Shown here piece by piece: positions 62,098 through 64,000 of a DNA stretch of 64,000 nt. The DNA comes from an uncultured Verrucomicrobiae bacterium (lineage in GTDB: Bacteria; Verrucomicrobiota; Verrucomicrobiia; Chthoniobacterales; JAFAMB01). Made by a program: the position numbers and the translations under genes. A model generated the notes under the pieces. The model saw nothing but the letters and a program-made list of their open reading frames with translations. It was not told the DNA's origin and made no database searches. Every line of letters begins with the position of its first letter. Within the stretch, counting starts at the first letter, position 1. The DNA lies in the NCBI GenBank assembly GCA_963813025.1, contig CAWEXO010000014.1, positions 288,001-352,000 on the forward strand. Reading direction: 5' to 3'.

Positions 62098-63087
62098 ATG
62101 AAGCGTTTTGTAAAGGCCTTGTTGCCATTGGTGATCGGAGCCGTGGCTACGAATCTGCTAGCTCAAGAAACGGCTTACAAAGCTCTGCGTGTCGTTGGAC
62201 GAGATCGCGGGGAAAAGGCTCTCGGTCAGATTATCGCGATCAACGGGAAGACGGGTGCGCCGCAACCAACGACCTGGGTTGTTCGTTTGGATGATCCGGC
62301 GGCGCGCGATGGAGTTCGCGAAATCGAGATTACTAATCAGCAGGTCAGCGGAGAACGCGCTCCGTTGATTGGCGGCAATCTGAACGAGCAGCCGATCGAT
62401 CTCACCGATCTGAATGTGGACTCCGGCGCTGCGTTTCAAGTTGCCAATCAGGAAGCCCGTCGTCACCAGGTTGGATTTGATTGGGTTGATTATTCCCTTT
62501 TGCGCGGACCCGGTCAGGCAAAACCGATCTGGCTGCTCGAGCTGAAAGATTCGCAGAAACGCAGGGTAGGGAGCGTCCAAATAGCCGCCGATTCAGGCGC
62601 GGTCATCAGCAGTTCCGGCTGGGTGCCGGGTAGCACGGTCCCGCAAGGTCGTGAACAGGACCTCGCCGGGCCTTTCCAGCAGCCATCGGGCTACACTGAT
62701 CCCGGTCCACCGTCCGATCAGACGCAATCGTCGCCTGAACCAGAGCAGTATCGTGCATCAGATGTGGAACCCTCCTCCGGCCAAACTGTCGGCGAACGCG
62801 CGCGGAGCGTCGGACAGTCGGTCGGCCACTCTGCGGAGCGTTATGGTCAGACGGTTGCTCATTTCGGTGCGCGCGTCTGGGACAAGACGGAGCACGCCGC
62901 CAGAAGAGTCGGCGGTTGGTTTCAAAAACAGTTTACCGGCAGAGACACGCTGAGCCCGTCGTCGGACGACAGCGACAGCGACGACGAAGACAAGAGCAAC
63001 GATCATGACAGCTCAGGCGACCCGTACAGTCGACCCGTTCAACCGACGGATCCAAATGGTCGGCCCGTTCCCTTGCCCGATCGGTAA
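62098..63087 (+). CDS. secreted hypothetical protein
   Basis: Signal peptide, globular N-terminal half, low-complexity Pro/Ser/Asp C-terminal half. Confidence 0.7.
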   Translation: MKRFVKALLPLVIGAVATNLLAQETAYKALRVVGRDRGEKALGQIIAINGKTGAPQPTTWVVRLDDPAARDGVREIEITNQQVSGERAPLIGGNLNEQPIDLTDLNVDSGAAFQVANQEARRHQVGFDWVDYSLLRGPGQAKPIWLLELKDSQKRRVGSVQIAADSGAVISSSGWVPGSTVPQGREQDLAGPFQQPSGYTDPGPPSDQTQSSPEPEQYRASDVEPSSGQTVGERARSVGQSVGHSAERYGQTVAHFGARVWDKTEHAARRVGGWFQKQFTGRDTLSPSSDDSDSDDEDKSNDHDSSGDPYSRPVQPTDPNGRPVPLPDR

Positions 63088-63097
63088 TGGGAAGGAG

Positions 63098-64000
63098 CTA
63101 GAATCTAGGAGCTAGCTCCTTCCCCAAAGCCCAGACACTCTCCCCCCCGACAATCGTCTGCACCGCTCTCCCTTTTAATTCCCAACCATCAAAAGGGGTG
63201 TTGTTGGATTTGGACAACGTTTCAGTTGAGCGAAATGTCCACTCGAGATCCGGATCGATGATGGTGAGATCAGCGTCCGAGCCAATCGAGAGAGTCCCCT
63301 TCTTGAGTCCGAGCAAGCGAGCTGGCTCGACGGAGTACATCGCGATTAATCGCGATAGATCAATCGCCTGATCCCGATGCACCAGCAACGTGAGGAACAA
63401 AGCCAGTTCGGTTTCCAGGCCAGTAATCCCGAACGGCGCCTGATCGAGTTCGACTTCTTTCTCGAAGCGCGCGTGCGGTGCATGGTCGCTCGCGAGAATC
63501 GTGATCGTTCCATCCGCTACTCCTTCGATGAGGGCACGGGCATCAGCGTCCGTGCGGGTCGGCGGGTTCATCTTGTAATTGCTATCGAAAGAACTCAACG
63601 ACTCGTCCCGCAGGGCGATATGATGTGGACAGAGTTCGCCAGTCACCGGAATTCCGCGGTTCCGCGCATCGCGCAAAAGCCGAACGCTGCCGGCCGATGA
63701 CAAATGTTGGCAATGAATGTGTGTTCCGCACAGCTCAGCGAGGAGGATATTTCGCATGACCATGATCTCTTCTCCGGCCGAGGGCCAGCCAGGCAACCCG
63801 AGCACGGCGCTCCAATGACCCTCATGCATGATCCCGTTTCCCACCATGTTGTAATCCTGACAATGGTCGAGAACCGGCAGATCGAACATCCGGGCATACT
63901 CAACGGCTCGTCGCATCAGTTCGTGGTTCTGAATGCAGTGCCCGTCATCGGTAATCGCAACTGCTCCGGCTTGGACCATTGAGCCGATCGGAGCCAACTC
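63098..64000 (-). CDS. pyrC: dihydroorotase (5' end outside the window)
   Basis: TDDG, HCQD, ELCPHH, KMNPP, ASDHAPH, PFGITGLET, SNNTPF. Confidence 0.93.
   Translation of the reverse strand, partial: ELAPIGSMVQAGAVAITDDGHCIQNHELMRRAVEYARMFDLPVLDHCQDYNMVGNGIMHEGHWSAVLGLPGWPSAGEEIMVMRNILLAELCGTHIHCQHLSSAGSVRLLRDARNRGIPVTGELCPHHIALRDESLSSFDSNYKMNPPTRTDADARALIEGVADGTITILASDHAPHARFEKEVELDQAPFGITGLETELALFLTLLVHRDQAIDLSRLIAMYSVEPARLLGLKKGTLSIGSDADLTIIDPDLEWTFRSTETLSKSNNTPFDGWELKGRAVQTIVGGESVWALGKELAPRF

Overview
A 64-kb chromosomal window, probably from a Verrucomicrobiota (Chthoniobacterales/Spartobacteria-like) bacterium. That assignment is inferred from rpmF, the long-form IspG, the RRM protein and the gene order. 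The backbone is housekeeping: ggt, glgX, an ECF sigma/anti-sigma/RDD operon, hisC-mnmE-pyrD, tatD, guaA-coaD-yceD-rpmF-plsX-fabH, aat, an RND pump, cfa, serS, smc, mtnP...cdsA-dxr-rseP-ispG, an NtrC-type regulator, rsbU/rsbW and pyrC. I found no rRNA, tRNA or CRISPR. Several essential genes at 18.7-23.8 kb carry frameshifts that look like long-read indel errors. The main interest is intergenic. There are several REP families (GTAG- and GGAG-headed hairpins), an internally deleted RAYT gene and its dispersed debris, and other elements that sit in or beside these REPs. (1) A 1,906-nt group II intron is inserted inside a REP, and removing it restores the REP. (2) A ~3.46-kb insertion sits next to a REP's GTAG head. 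It encodes a non-DDE, non-HUH protein with Rep_trans/MOB_T-like motifs and a C-terminal winged helix, a candidate rolling-circle-type mobile element, with an IS110 (candidate bridge RNA) nested in its left end. (3) A 39-47-bp hairpin element is inserted at the same nucleotide of four REP copies. (4) Two related MITEs are inserted at TAG stop codons. A separate repeat gives Cfa and SerS near-identical C-terminal tails.
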